DNA of 63,966 bases, the filler included, from Basidiobolus ranarum (Eukaryota), in NCBI GenBank assembly GCA_040143965.1. It is 3 parts of 3 records of this genome, joined end to end, with 100 filler letters (N's around TTAATTAATTAA, not from the genome) between each part and the next. Parts side by side here need not be neighbours in the genome. Positions count along the whole stretch, not along the records: positions 1 to 22,616 come from JASJQH010007057.1; positions 22,717 to 45,297 come from JASJQH010007058.1; 1 more part is not named here. The stretch is one strand, 5' to 3'. Below the pieces are notes generated by a model. That model ran no database searches. It was not told where the DNA came from and saw only the letters and a program-made list of their open reading frames with translations. Position 1 is the stretch's first letter. The number at the start of each line of letters is the position of its first letter. Position numbers and translations under genes: made by a program. This document shows positions 11,065 through 23,208 of this stretch, piece after piece.

Positions 11065-12338
11065 TTATGAAGAAGGGGTTTGAATGTAGCTCATGAATAA
11101 TGGAATACCGCGGTTAGTGCTAATGATAAAATAAAAGGGTCTGTTACATTCAAAGTGAAATGGAGGTCCCAGAATCATAACGGATCTGGTAAGGATAATT
11201 GCTGTAGCTGCACTTGCTTTAGACCCGGCCTACACAATATTGTTAGAAAAATTAAAGATACGTCAAATAAAGAATGCATAACGAAGACCAACTAGCCTAC
11301 CTCCTCTACTTCGATTCTACATTTATGTAGAACACCGTCGACAGCTAATGGTTCTTCTGTCATTTCACTCAACTTCGCTTGGCCAGCGTCGAACACTTTC
11401 TTGATACCCATATTTTTGAATGCTTTACTAAGCTCCACTTGTCTTTCTACATCAAACTTTGGTAAGATAACAGTTCCAGGAGACTTCATTTTTCTTTCCA
11501 AAAATACACGCTTCCATTCCTCTGGGTTCATTATTTCATTAGCTTTTTCAAAGTCGAGGACTTCTTTGGGTAGCACGATCGTAGCCATGAAGCGATAGTC
11601 TTTATAGGGTATATTCAGAACTTGGTAGTTCTCCCTTTCGCAGTACGCCCATGTTTTGCCTTCAATATGCATCATTGAGGCATCAATTTGCTTGCCCGAA
11701 GGTGTGGAAAATGACGAGATGATGGTATCTTCTGGATTGAAGGGGAAGAGCCAACGACCATGAAAGTAAACGGAGTTAATAAGCATGATAGTATCATTGG
11801 GAAAGGGTTGTTCATCGGAGAAGAAGTTTTTCAAATGTCCTTTAGTTTTCTCTTCAATCCAAGTGTTGACTCTTTTACCATTCTCAGGCGAGGGAAATGC
11901 TTCGGCGGTAAACAGTTCTTTCACTTGTGCGGTATAAGTTTGGCGTATTTTATCTCCCCAAACTGAGTTTGCCACTTCGAAATCAGCTAACCTATCTTTG
12001 GACAAATTAATACTTCCGTCTCTGTTTAATAGCTCGTTCAAGAGGGCTTGTACAGCATTATTCACATCGTCCAGACACTGAGTGGAATTTTTCTCGAGAA
12101 GATCAAATTTGAAGGCATTGAGGATTTCCTTTCTACTTTCAGCCTCTTGTGAGGTACCGTTTACTAATAAAAGTAAGGCGAATAGGACCGATGTTGGAGA
12201 GAACAGAACATTGGCTTCTTTTGAAGGGTCCAAAGAGTTCACTAAGCTTTCGGAAATACTTTGTATAGCTTTGAATAGAATCTCCTCTTGGCTCTCGAGC
12301 TCGATGAAACAGGGACTGTCTTGTTCATTTGCAAACAT
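11065..12338 (-). CDS. Serpin (serine protease inhibitor), no signal peptide; 2 exons (12338-11301, 11229-11065)
   Basis: NVLFSPTSV, ANSVW, VNTWIEEKTKGHL, MLINSVYFHGRW, LPKF. Exon 2 supplies the hinge/RCL EE|AGSKASAATAIILTRSVMILG and the serpin signature FECNRPFYFII...LFM. Confidence 0.92.
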
Positions 12339-13516
12339 TCTATTATAGTGAAGTTTCTGATACGTGCAGTACTTTAAGATCGAATAAAATTGGTGACGTT
12401 GTCAAGAACATTTCGATTGGAAGAGGGAAATCAGTATGAGTTGAGTATATAAGCAGTAGAATTTTTATGTGACTTTTTTTATTGCAGCTCGCATCCAACT
12501 TCACATCTATTTGAGATTAAAATATCCCCCAATGACCCTTGTCTGAACGCTTAACTGAACTGGTTGTTTCTGCCCATACCTGACCAACACCCGACCAATA
12601 CCAGTTAGTTTATTTAATAAATTCACGTCTCTTCATCTCTTCTCCTGACGAGTCTCAAATATACTACTATATATAGCTAAATGCCATAAATCTAACACTA
12701 GTGCGAAACCAAGTTATGATTGTTGTTTAGCGACATAAGGAGTTTTCTTTGCTTACAAGTCACCAATAATGACCATTACTCCATGGCTTAGACCTAACCT
12801 GAGCCAAACTGAAGGGAACGCAAGCAAAAGGCCTCTTTATATCATGCAAGCTGTGACAGTAAGCAGTACTTGTTGAAGATTCCGGAAAGGCGATGAATCG
12901 TCTCCACACTCTACCACATGGTTCTCCTGAATTTAGGAGTCCAATTACGTGGGAAAAAAGGTTTTTTTATCCTTTACATGAGGCAGCCCTAGCATGGATA
13001 ATTTCCTTCTGAAGCAACATCGGCTCTTTCACGAAATAGAGGCGTGATATTTGTTGGGCTGCATTACAGTGTATAATGTACCGACGATCGGGCCATTATT
13101 ACTTGTACTCCTTATCACTCCCCTTTGATCGAAAAAATCCAAAATGTATTATGTTTTGGGCTTAGAGCCAATCGCAAAGCCGTATCCATCCTTAATACTC
13201 TACCCTAGGGTAAATGAGTGAAACCACGCCCGGTTTGCTTTGTATGGTGAAGGTGTGCGTGAACCGGTATTTTCTCTTGCACTGTATTTCATGATCGAAT
13301 CTGGATCTCGTGTTTCCTAGATGTGTGGCTTGCCTATATTAATTATATACTAAAGGATGATTTCGGTAAAAATCTCACTATGCCTCAAGTCGTGCTTTTG
13401 GTATCCCCTTTCCCCATATATTTAACTTAGGGGACCCATTCCTTAAAACTTACCATTTGTTCTCTGCGACAAAAACCAAAGGATTGTCGCCTTCACTTTT
13501 ATCAAACTACAGGTTT

Positions 13517-15648
13517 ATGACCAAGCTTTGCGAAATGAACTCTTCTCATTCTTATCAACCAGCCAACCAAGAACTTGGTCAAACTACTAAAGAGTCCACT
13601 GACGCTTTCAGCAAGAATGACAGTGATAGCGATAGCTCAGCTAGCACAAGTAGCATAAGCACAGTTAACAGTAATGCCGTTTTTGACAATGTAAATGCCT
13701 TTCGTTACAACAACGGTTTCTCTCACGGGAATATGGGCTACAAGCCTAAAAAGTCTTACCAATACACACCCGGTAAACAAGATCACCACAAGTTCCAAAG
13801 ATTCTATAACAAAAGTCCTAGGACTGCAAAACTATCTGTAAAATCCGAGGAATATTTGACGTCGAGCATGATATCTCTATACCAGGTTGGTTTTAAACTT
13901 CTCACTTGATAAGGATACTTGAATAAGCAAAAATGAGAAACACCCGAACTTACTTGTATACTTTTCTAGTCATTACTCCCTACCCCTGAAGACGGTCAAA
14001 GACGAGCTGCTTTGATAGATAAACTTCAAAAAATGCTGGAACAAGAGTGGCCTGAGAAATATATCAAAGTTCATATGTTTGGGTAAGCCTTGAACATCAT
14101 TCTCCCGGCTTTTTCACTCTAGAGTATGCTAATTTACATTGGTTCAAGTTCTTCTGCAAATAGTCTCTCAACTCTAACGAGTGATGTGGATATATGCATC
14201 GTTACCGATCACGAAGAACTGCGCAATGTTTATACTCTTGCTAATTGCATGCGTAAAAGTAAGTTTCTTTTAGTGAAGTATTCTTCTCAATTCCATACTA
14301 ATGTAAAACTGACCAAATAGATGGAATGCAGAATATATATTGCATAGCAGGTGCTAAAGTTCCTATTGTAAGAATGTGGGATCCAGAGCTGTAAGTTTCT
14401 AATTTCTTCATTTCACCGCATGAGGGTCGATAAAGTAACATTTCAAATGAATCTTGAAGGAGACTAGCATGCGATATGAATGTTAACAACCCCATAGCTT
14501 TACGAAACACCGAGTTAGTAAAGGCGTATGTGGCCTTAGATCCTCGAGTCCGGCCACTCATAATGATCATCAAACGTTGGACTAAACGCAGAGTATTGAA
14601 CGATGCTGGTAAGTAAATCGCATTGATATTAGCCATGACATGGGTTACTGATATGTGACTTAGGTGTCGGAGGAACCCTCTCAACCTATACCTGGGTGAA
14701 CATTATCGTAAATTTCCTTCAGATGAGATCACCACCAATCCTTCCTGTCTTACATCGCATGCCAGACAAATCTTCCTCCGAATCCTGCATAATTAATGGT
14801 GTTGATACCACGTTCAACGAGGATGTAGCCTCTTTGAAGGATTTTGGAAGCGCTAACAAAGAGACACTTGGGGAATTGTTGTTTTCCTTTTTCAAATTGT
14901 AAGCCCCATTTGATTCCTACATAGCTTTCTCCAGTCATTAATAGAAGGTTTTTTTAGGTTTGCCCATGAGTTCAATTACGGTCGTCACGTAATTAGCGTG
15001 AGAAATGGATGCTACTTATTTAAAGCAGAGAAAGGATGGCATTTCGGTAGAAATTTTAGAGCCTTTTGTATAGAAGAACCATTCAACCCGGATCGTAACT
15101 TAGGGAACAGTGCTGATGAATGTAGTATAGAAGGAATTCGCCAGGAATTCAAGAGAGCTTTCGATATCCTTCTTGAGAGGAGAGATTTGAATCTTATGTG
15201 TCAGCGATACAGTGTTCCACCGAAAAATCATAGTTTTGATTATTCAAAGTGTAAAAGTGAACAAGCACAAGCAAAGATCATGAATAATCCAGGGAAATGG
15301 TCTTGGTCATACCCTCCCAATTTACAAGTCTCAAATACTCATTCTAGAACTCATGAAACAAATACTCACTCAGAGCGACATAGACATGAGAATCATGACA
15401 AATCACAGCCCCCTCCTCTCAAACCCGCACCTTTTTATCATGGTCAATATAATCTCTCCTGGGATCCCAGCAGAGTGAGCAACGCAGCATCCAGCCACGA
15501 AGAGGTGGTAGGGAGTCAAGTGCTTGTAGTAGAAACACTGCAGACCCCGAACCCAACGAATTTCACTCACAACAACAAACAACCTTTTATCACCCACTCT
15601 ATGATCAAGCCAAGATCTGATCTACCAGCTGTGGGTGCGGCTCATTGA
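13517..15648 (+). CDS. Non-canonical poly(A)/poly(U) polymerase (terminal nucleotidyltransferase), Cid11/Cid13/CutA-like; multi-exon
   Basis: FG|SSANSLSTLTSDVDICI (GS...DxD), AKVPIVR, CDMNVNN, IKRWTKRRVLND, GGTLSTY, FLQMRSPPILP, and the PAP-associated motif CIEEPFNPDRNLGNSAD. Confidence 0.9.
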
Positions 15649-15891
15649 ATGTCTTTGATCAAGATCCAGAGCGGACTTCCAAAAAAATCATAAAATAATC
15701 TATATACACACACACCTATAGAGAGCTAATTGACAATGATGTCATTCTTTACCTAGATTTGTCCGTGGCATCCCCTTTCTTCATGTATTTACTCGTAATC
15801 CGTATTTTGTTCATACATCTATTTTACATACCTGACTTCCCTTCAAACAGATCTGTACCTGAATATACTTTACCTATCTTGATGAGCTATT

Positions 15892-15927
15892 TTTATAGAT
15901 GCTTTATAGATGCTTTATAGATGCTTT
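15892..15927 (+). repeat. Tandem repeat (TTTATAGATGC)x3 plus partial unit
   Basis: Three perfect 11-mers at 15892, 15903 and 15914. Confidence 0.85.
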
Positions 15928-15951
15928 GAAACAAACATAAAACCCATTTGA

Positions 15952-15984
15952 TGAATTAGCCGTGAATCAGCCGTGAATTAGCCG
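15952..15984 (+). repeat. Tandem repeat (TGAAT[T/C]AGCCG)x3
   Basis: 11-mers at 15952, 15963 and 15974, with one mismatch. Confidence 0.85.
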
Positions 15985-16163
15985 GTTTCCTTTCTTGATG
16001 CCCCAGAAATAGTTGGAAAATCCAAGAAAATCATTGATCTCCTGCAGGAGTTGTTCAAGCGAGTCAATTTATCGAAATCATTGATATATGAATGATGTTG
16101 GAGGAAGGGTGAAAAATATGAAAATTCTATGAAGTAGCAAATTCTTATCAATAAATATGTGCC

Positions 16164-18382
16164 TCATTTAAGCTCAAGAAACCCATCTTTAGTAGTAGCC
16201 ACTTTTTTGACTATCGTACTAATTAGTTGTTTGTTTCTGGAATCTGCCTTCAACTTCTTTTTGACCTTTGTAATGAGATCCTTCGTAGAAAGCCTGTTGT
16301 TTCTTATTAATTCGGTGATTTCGGCCTCGGTAATTAAATTGGAATCTGAAATGTAGAAGCCAAAATTACTATTAATATTTCTAAAAAGACTGAGTATGAA
16401 TATACATACCTGAACCACCGTTGTGAGTAACAGCAACTGATTTCTAAGTGAACCCAAGAGTTAGAATTACTGAATAAATTGACTCCAAGAGAGTCATTGA
16501 ATACCTTTTCGCTTTCGTCAGATTCCTCCTTTCTTTTCTTAGCTTCGGCAAGACGAGCAGTCGCGTTTGCCTTGCCAACTGCTGGACGGACCACTTTCGA
16601 AGCCGCCCCGTTTTTTGGTGTGAAAATGCCGCTTGGTTTAGATGGCTTCGGAGGTGGGACTCCCTTCTTTAATAGATTTGCTGGGAGTGGTTTCTTAACC
16701 GGTGGGACCGGAGTGGGTGAATTTTCAGGAGCTTTGCCTTTCTTGTCATCCGAGGACTCTTTGTTCTCCTTGTTTTCTTCAACCTCCTCTTCCTCTTCTT
16801 CCTCCTAAAGTGAACCTATTCGTTATCGTGTCTTCAAAGACATCATACAATCAGAAAATCACTCACACTTAGATATGGATTTTCATTATCATCAGAGTCA
16901 TAGGCAGCATTCTTTTCTAGAGTACGGAGGGCCTTTTTAAGATCCTGAAGGAGTCATGCATCATAAATATTAACCATATGACAGAATCGGGTTAACCTGT
17001 AAATAGCTAAATACCTTGCCAGCAGCTGATAACTCTTCCGCGTCTTCTTCCTCCTCCTCTTCATCCTCACTAGCAACAACAGCTTTTGCCTTTTGTCTGG
17101 ATTGCTGTGAATGAAATAATGGTCAGTATTGCTCCTTACTCATAGTCTATGAAGATGATATACTTCGTTTTCTTTGGTTTCCTCTTGATCACCATCAAGC
17201 TCGGGAGGAGCTTCTTCGTCATCTTGAAACTCTTCATCGAAATCCATTTCGTCGATATCACCATGCTATGAAAATGCAAATTAGAGCCCGCTTCTCTCAT
17301 ACTTGGTCCAAGTGCTGAATAAAAAGAAAAGATAACAACCTTACTAGCTCCACCGCCACCACCACGCTTCTTTTTACCATCATCATCATCTTCCTCGAAG
17401 AATCTAATACCAAATACGATGTCAATATCCATTTAGTGCGTAACGATTCAAGGAAAGCAATGGGTTTACTGGTTGTCATCATGATCTACGAGTTTAAGTT
17501 TTTTCCCACTTTTTGGTTCCTCATCCTCCCCACCCTCACCATCAAGTTTAGATACCAAACGTTTTCTCATCATCCAACGATCACTATCTTTTTTTTGCGC
17601 CCTGATAAGCTAGAAGAAATAAACAAGGATCGACCAACTCAGATGTCAGCGACTTGTACAGCGAATAGGTTAAATTAACTAATTCAATACTTGTTCTTCA
17701 GCTTCTTCAATTGTCAGTGTAGCGTATGTAAGTTTTTGATTAAACTTGTACCATTTATGAGCGGGAACCACCTGGAATCCCTCATCCTATGGATAAACAT
17801 CCCCATATCAATCGAATATTTTACTTTGAAGTAGATATTAACTAGATAACTCACGGTGCAAATGAAAAGATAATAATTAGATTGTTGACCACCTTCTAGT
17901 ACACCACTCCAATGATTCGTATGATCGGTATCTTCTAATACCCAAGGTTTTGCCTCTTGTTCTTTAATTTTTCTACTTAGTTCGTCAGTTGGGAATACTT
18001 GTTTGGTACGTTTCTTGAAAAGCATTTGCTTATTTCTTGAAGCGTTACCATAAGGTGCGATGATGGTTGGGTCAGCACTAGATACACCTGGAGCCCCTGG
18101 AGTAGTATTGGGGTTAGAGTTGGAGGTGGTGTTAGTGTTGGAGTTATAACCACCACCGTTTGGTCCAGATGTTCCTTCACCGGTACCATCTTCCATAGTT
18201 AACGTATGGACTTCTTCTTTGACTTTTTTACGTACTAATTTTATAGGTTGGTTAAATTCCCCTAGTTTAACTGGCTTTGAACCGTGAAACTTGAGAATAT
18301 TATATACACTTTTTCTGGAACCTGAAACCAACCGATGTTCAGTGAAGTCTTTTCTTTGACTTATACCTTGGGTATTGGACAT
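16164..18382 (-). CDS. TFG1: Transcription initiation factor TFIIF large subunit (Tfg1/RAP74); multi-exon
   Basis: IAPYG...FKKRTKQVF, PWVLED, W.G.LEGGQ, GFQVVPAHKWYKF, TLTIEEAE, an acidic middle region, and a C-terminal winged helix (ITEAEITELIR...TKDLI). Confidence 0.88.
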
Positions 18383-18399
18383 AATTATGAGGGGAAGTA

Positions 18400-18429
18400 T
18401 ATGTGCGTGTGTGTATGTGTATGTGTATG
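18400..18429 (+). repeat. Imperfect (GT)n/(GTATGT)n microsatellite just upstream of the TFG1 start
   Basis: atgtgcgtgtgtgtatgtgtatgtgtatg. Confidence 0.6.
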
Positions 18430-19123
18430 GATGAGTAGAGAAATATTGTGCTAATAAATGGTTCTCCTAGTTGTAGTTATCTTCTCCTTTTTGAAAGAAA
18501 AGTCACAAACAGTTTCGAATAAATGAATGGATTATTTATATGGTTCGAATTCCATGACGACGTCTAATTTATATCGTAATCCTCTTCTAATCTCATGATT
18601 ATTGGTGGATTTTAAGTGAGAGGGGAAGAGGGGTGGCTGAAAGTGGGGTATAGAATTTGGGACACGTTCTATAGTATGGATTGTTGGCTTGGATATTACC
18701 TGTATCTCTTTTACAATCGATAATAAAATAATCATAGTAGGTTCATTGATTACAATGATTCATCGTTTGATACAATGGATGGTAGTCAAAGGTAAAAAAA
18801 TCCTAAATTGCTTTATAATGATCGAACAGGGCTTGGATGTATAGTTTACTTAAAGGTCTCCAAGTGTAATATAACATAATTTCTCTGTCAAAGGGAAAGA
18901 ATATAGATGGGGGGAGAGGACATACAAATGTTTCGTAAGTAATATTATATAATAAATGTATAACAGAGATGGTGATGTGAGCGAAATGTGAACCTGTTTC
19001 TAATTAAGATAGTTCACTTTTAGCTTGGAATAATAAAAGTGAATGCTACGAATTATCCGTTGCGTTGTTTGTGAAGGACAAAAAGATTAACTATTGATAA
19101 ATGCACTAAATTACGACTACGGA

Positions 19124-20378
19124 CTATACATCGGGATTTTCTGGGTTTGCACGAGCGACAGTGGAATTAATTCTCCGCAGCCAGGCGAGCATCGATTCTT
19201 GACTCTCCGCCGCAACAAGGTAGTTTCTTTGTGGAGTTATCAGTTGAAAACAAAACCGTTTGCTTTTGAAAGCTGTTGGTGTTTTTTCAAAGGCTCCTTG
19301 AATGGATTCAATGGGAATGATCTTATGTAGAACATATTCCTACAAATCCAGCAAATCGATTAGTAGCTGGAAGTTCAAACCTCTCAAAGAAACAACCTAC
19401 CTTTTCATTTTTGTAATAAGATAGTGTATTACTGCGCAAAACAAACCAGCGCTTGCGCCAGGCCTAATCAGTAAAACGAATCAGTACACAAACCAGATGC
19501 ATTCCGAAACCTGATAGAGATTTACCTTATACATATCACACTGTTTATGCAAATAGCCACTAAATAAAACCTTATTGTCATTACACTCTGGTAATTCGAT
19601 ATCTTCGTCCTCATCAACAATCTCTCCCTGCTCTTCATCATCTTCTGAACTAGTGATTTCAGAGGTACGACTGTAACTAGGCATACGGACTAAGTTACCA
19701 GGAGTTGATTCAGGTTTTCCATAGGTGAGATAGTATTCTTTGAGATTATCTGAATTGCTCCTGCTAAGAATTGACGTCCTAGATCCTGAAGAGCCTTTGC
19801 GAGAATGTGAGTACTCTCCTGAAACTTCGTCTTCAACAATTCCACTTAGTACATAGTCCATTGTGTTGAGCCATTCATCCAATTGAATTCGTGACTCGGC
19901 TTGAAAGTAGTATTTTTTTTTGAACACTACGATTCCGAATACATTTTTTCGAGTTTTCCAAGTAGCTTCAAGAATCTGTTTTGCTTCAGACAAATCAATG
20001 ATTCTCTCTAGTTCATACTCCTTGATGAAACAAAATCCTTTGTGAGCATACTATTTACTTTAGTTCCAAACTCAATAAATACTGACTTTATCGTCCTTGT
20101 AACAAGTAAGGGAGGTTCCACGTAAAACAAACCAACGCTTCTTCCATACCTATATTATCAAATTTAATAAACGATAGAAATGACCAGTCTGATTTTAGAA
20201 CTACCTTTCTTTTAGTACTACGCTTAAGCAAATACCCGCATTTAACTAAAGCTTGGTTATTCAATTCTTCTACTGCACGAAATCCCTCATGAGTCATCTG
20301 GCCAGGAATCTCAGTCGTAGGACTATTACTGAGAGCATTTGCACAGTGAAAATCTTGTTTACATGGAGTAGCCATCAT
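19124..20378 (-). CDS. Tandem PH-domain protein, Opy1-like; multi-exon
   Basis: PH1: KCGYLLKRSTKRK.WKKRWFVLRGTSLTCYK...FGIV...YYFQAES...EW. PH2: SGYLHKQ...WRKRWFVLRSNTLSYYK...FCFQLITPQRNYLVAAES..M.AWLRRI. Stop TAG at 19124-19126. Confidence 0.82.
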
Positions 20379-22616
20379 ACTGGGATCAAGGGAATGATTC
20401 TAAGACAATACGATAAAGATCTTAGAGAGATAGCACAAGGCAAGGAAGATAAAAGCACTAATTACTTGTTCAAAAGAAGTGGCGAAAGTGACTCGTGGTT
20501 TAGCAGGCTCTTCCATTCCTAATTTAAAAGAGCCTTGATGAGTTAGTTGGGTGCCTTGGGCTATTGGAAAGTATCAATGCAAAGTAAAAACCTCGAGAGA
20601 TAGGAAAGCCGAGTTTTGAAGAAACTTCCAACATGTTTAGCTGGTAAATTGAATACAACTAACTACTATCAACGAATTTTTAACAAAGTTGAGAAAGATT
20701 GTGACTTAAACAAAGTAAATGCTTTCAAAAAAGTAACATAAGTAATCGTGATAGGTTTCAGAAGGTTTTTAACGAGTAATCTATTGAGATAGAATAAAGA
20801 CTACTCGAGGGACGGAGAGCACTTTTGAAAATGGATTTATCGGACTAGAGAAATGCTTTAAGTAAAGGTGAGTAGACAGTGGTAAAAGCTAACCAAGTAT
20901 ATGCAATTGAACGGAAATAATAAGAGTTCATGTGGGGAGTTCGGAGCATATATACTAAGCTGCATAACCGGATTACATCACGTGAAATCCCTATAAGTAG
21001 AAGAGGCACAAATGGATAAGCCCCGATTCTACTTGGTGATCTCGAATGTGTGCTGACCCTTAATCATATTAGGGACATGGAAGGAGCATAGTGCGCATGT
21101 AGATTTTCAAATTAGGGTATAATTTGATGATGGCTCATTTTAAAACGGGATGTTTCTCTTTAGTCTGAGTCAGGACAAAGCCCTGTTCTTTACATATCCA
21201 ATGACATAACCTCAATCATCTGCTGATCACCACAAGAAGGTAATGTGGTTGATGTAGTTTTATGTGCACCGATGAGTGAAATTGCATGAATATGCGTTTC
21301 CCTTTGTTTAGTCAACTTCACGCGTACATATACTTTGCGCATTATTAAACACTATTCTAAGATTTAATCAAGCTTTGTATAGAAAATTGTTTAAGTTAGA
21401 ACCTAACACGAAATTGGTGGTTTCTATAGTGTTCAAATCAGACAGGTTTTCTGTTGGCCTGTCTCAAATTCAATATCATCAGGAGTTAGTTGGTCTAGTC
21501 AACTTTGTTACCCTTCTTCGATTAATTTGTACGCTTCCTTTGTTTATTACTTAATTAAAGTAACCCGACTTTGAGGTGGTACCGGATGTAACCTAATAGC
21601 AGTGTGGCCAATCAAGAGATTTTACTTCAGCATGGTGATTTCAACACACAAGGGCTACCTCAGATTAATTTATTTTTAATTAAATTGAAGCGTGAACCGA
21701 GAATTTATACTATATTAAATGGGTTTAGTACACCTATAGTCACATTCTTATGGTGGCCGAGCTTTACGGTATCTCTGCTACTTGTACCCATAATTGAACT
21801 TTAGTTGATAGATTGAGACAGGCCATCCATATTCTATTCTATATATAGTATCTCTTGTATTCTAGTGTTTAACAGCCTTTTGTTCCAGTATACTTAATTG
21901 ATCGGCATAACGTGAAGGTTGAGTATTGGCCGACTGATTTTTCCGCCTCCACTGAGAAAAATACGTAAATCACACATATGGGCTTCACATTCGCATTCAT
22001 TTGAAACTATATATAGCGTACTACTCACTACTAGGAAAGTGGTCATGGATTGCGATGATAAATATGGCAAAAACCTTGATATTAGTAGGAAGCACTGATA
22101 TCCATTCAACTCTTCTTTTGTTATTAGGGATATGGTAGGAGCTGAATGTTTTAAGGATTGTAGTTACAAAGTATCTGTTATTATTGAGTCGAGTTCTTGA
22201 TATACTATAGCAATCACACTTACTGATTATCCATTTAAAAATACTAGTAATTAGCAAGATACACTTTCAAATATCCCACTAGTGTTGAAATTAGCATAGC
22301 CTAAACATATATTGAACTAAGATATTACCCACTATTCTCAACAGGAATTTACTTAGAAGTTTGAAGATACATAGATTTTCAAACTTGTGCTAGAAGCCCC
22401 AAATTTTACACACATGTTCCTGGGACCTTCCTTAGCACATTGTAAACATTAATTCATTTATATCCTGATAAAATTATAAATGTCAACTTTCAACTCAATG
22501 AATCAATAAGTGAAAACCACCAATTTCTCTAATTCTCCAAACCATTTCCAACAGGCTCCCAAATACTTTAACAGTTACAAGACATCGGTTATTACTGAGT
22601 CAAGTTCCTGATATAC

Positions 22617-22716
22617 NNNNNNNNNNNNNNNNNNNNNNNNNNNNNNNNNNNNNNNNNNNNTTAATTAATTAANNNNNNNNNNNNNNNNNNNNNNNNNNNN
22701 NNNNNNNNNNNNNNNN
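22617..22716. other. Assembly gap spacer N44-TTAATTAATTAA-N44 (artificial six-frame stop linker)
   Basis: Exactly 100 nt, identical in structure to 45298-45397. Confidence 0.97.
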
Positions 22717-22734
22717 TTCAACTGCCCACCTCTC

Positions 22735-23208
22735 TTATGCAGACTTGCTTTGAACGGTGGATAAAAAGACTCCGGTTTTTTTTATAGGAAGACAACGACT
22801 ACCCTTTACATTGGAACTAATGAATGGTGATAACGTGATATTCGCAATTCTAGGATTCTCAAGCAACAATCCATAGAAACAACGCCGAGTCTTCAGACTT
22901 CTCACATGGTAGCGAACTTTTGAAGTGGAGAGATCCACTGAGGAGAAGGCGAAACCCACCTGAAATTTCCACTTACCCTCCTGTTCAAACGTAAGAGAAA
23001 CAGAAGTTTCTTCAAGCTTCTTCTTTATATGGGTTTGAGCAAAATCAAACCATTCTTTACAGCAAAAACGAGCGGTTATCAGTGTACTTAAATCTAGAAA
23101 GCTCAAGATATGATCAACTACTTCAGGAGGAAAGTCGGTGATATTAGCTTGCCATAATGGCAGCACTTTGTTCAGTGTGTTGTTAGGGTAAAAGTGAGGG
23201 GTTAACAT
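22735..23208 (-). CDS. F-box domain protein (3' end abuts the gap and may be incomplete)
   Basis: ITDFPPEVVDHILSFLDLSTLITARFCCKEW matches the F-box consensus. Confidence 0.75.
   Translation of the reverse strand: MLTPHFYPNNTLNKVLPLWQANITDFPPEVVDHILSFLDLSTLITARFCCKEWFDFAQTHIKKKLEETSVSLTFEQEGKWKFQVGFAFSSVDLSTSKVRYHVRSLKTRRCFYGLLLENPRIANITLSPFISSNVKGSRCLPIKKTGVFLSTVQSKSA

Noticed and set aside
15892-15984. CRISPR-like array
   Set aside because: The units are 11 bp and head-to-tail without spacers, in a eukaryotic context.
22661-22672. Palindromic TTAATTAATTAA as a biological element
   Set aside because: Embedded symmetrically in Ns and repeated identically at 45342; it is an assembly linker.
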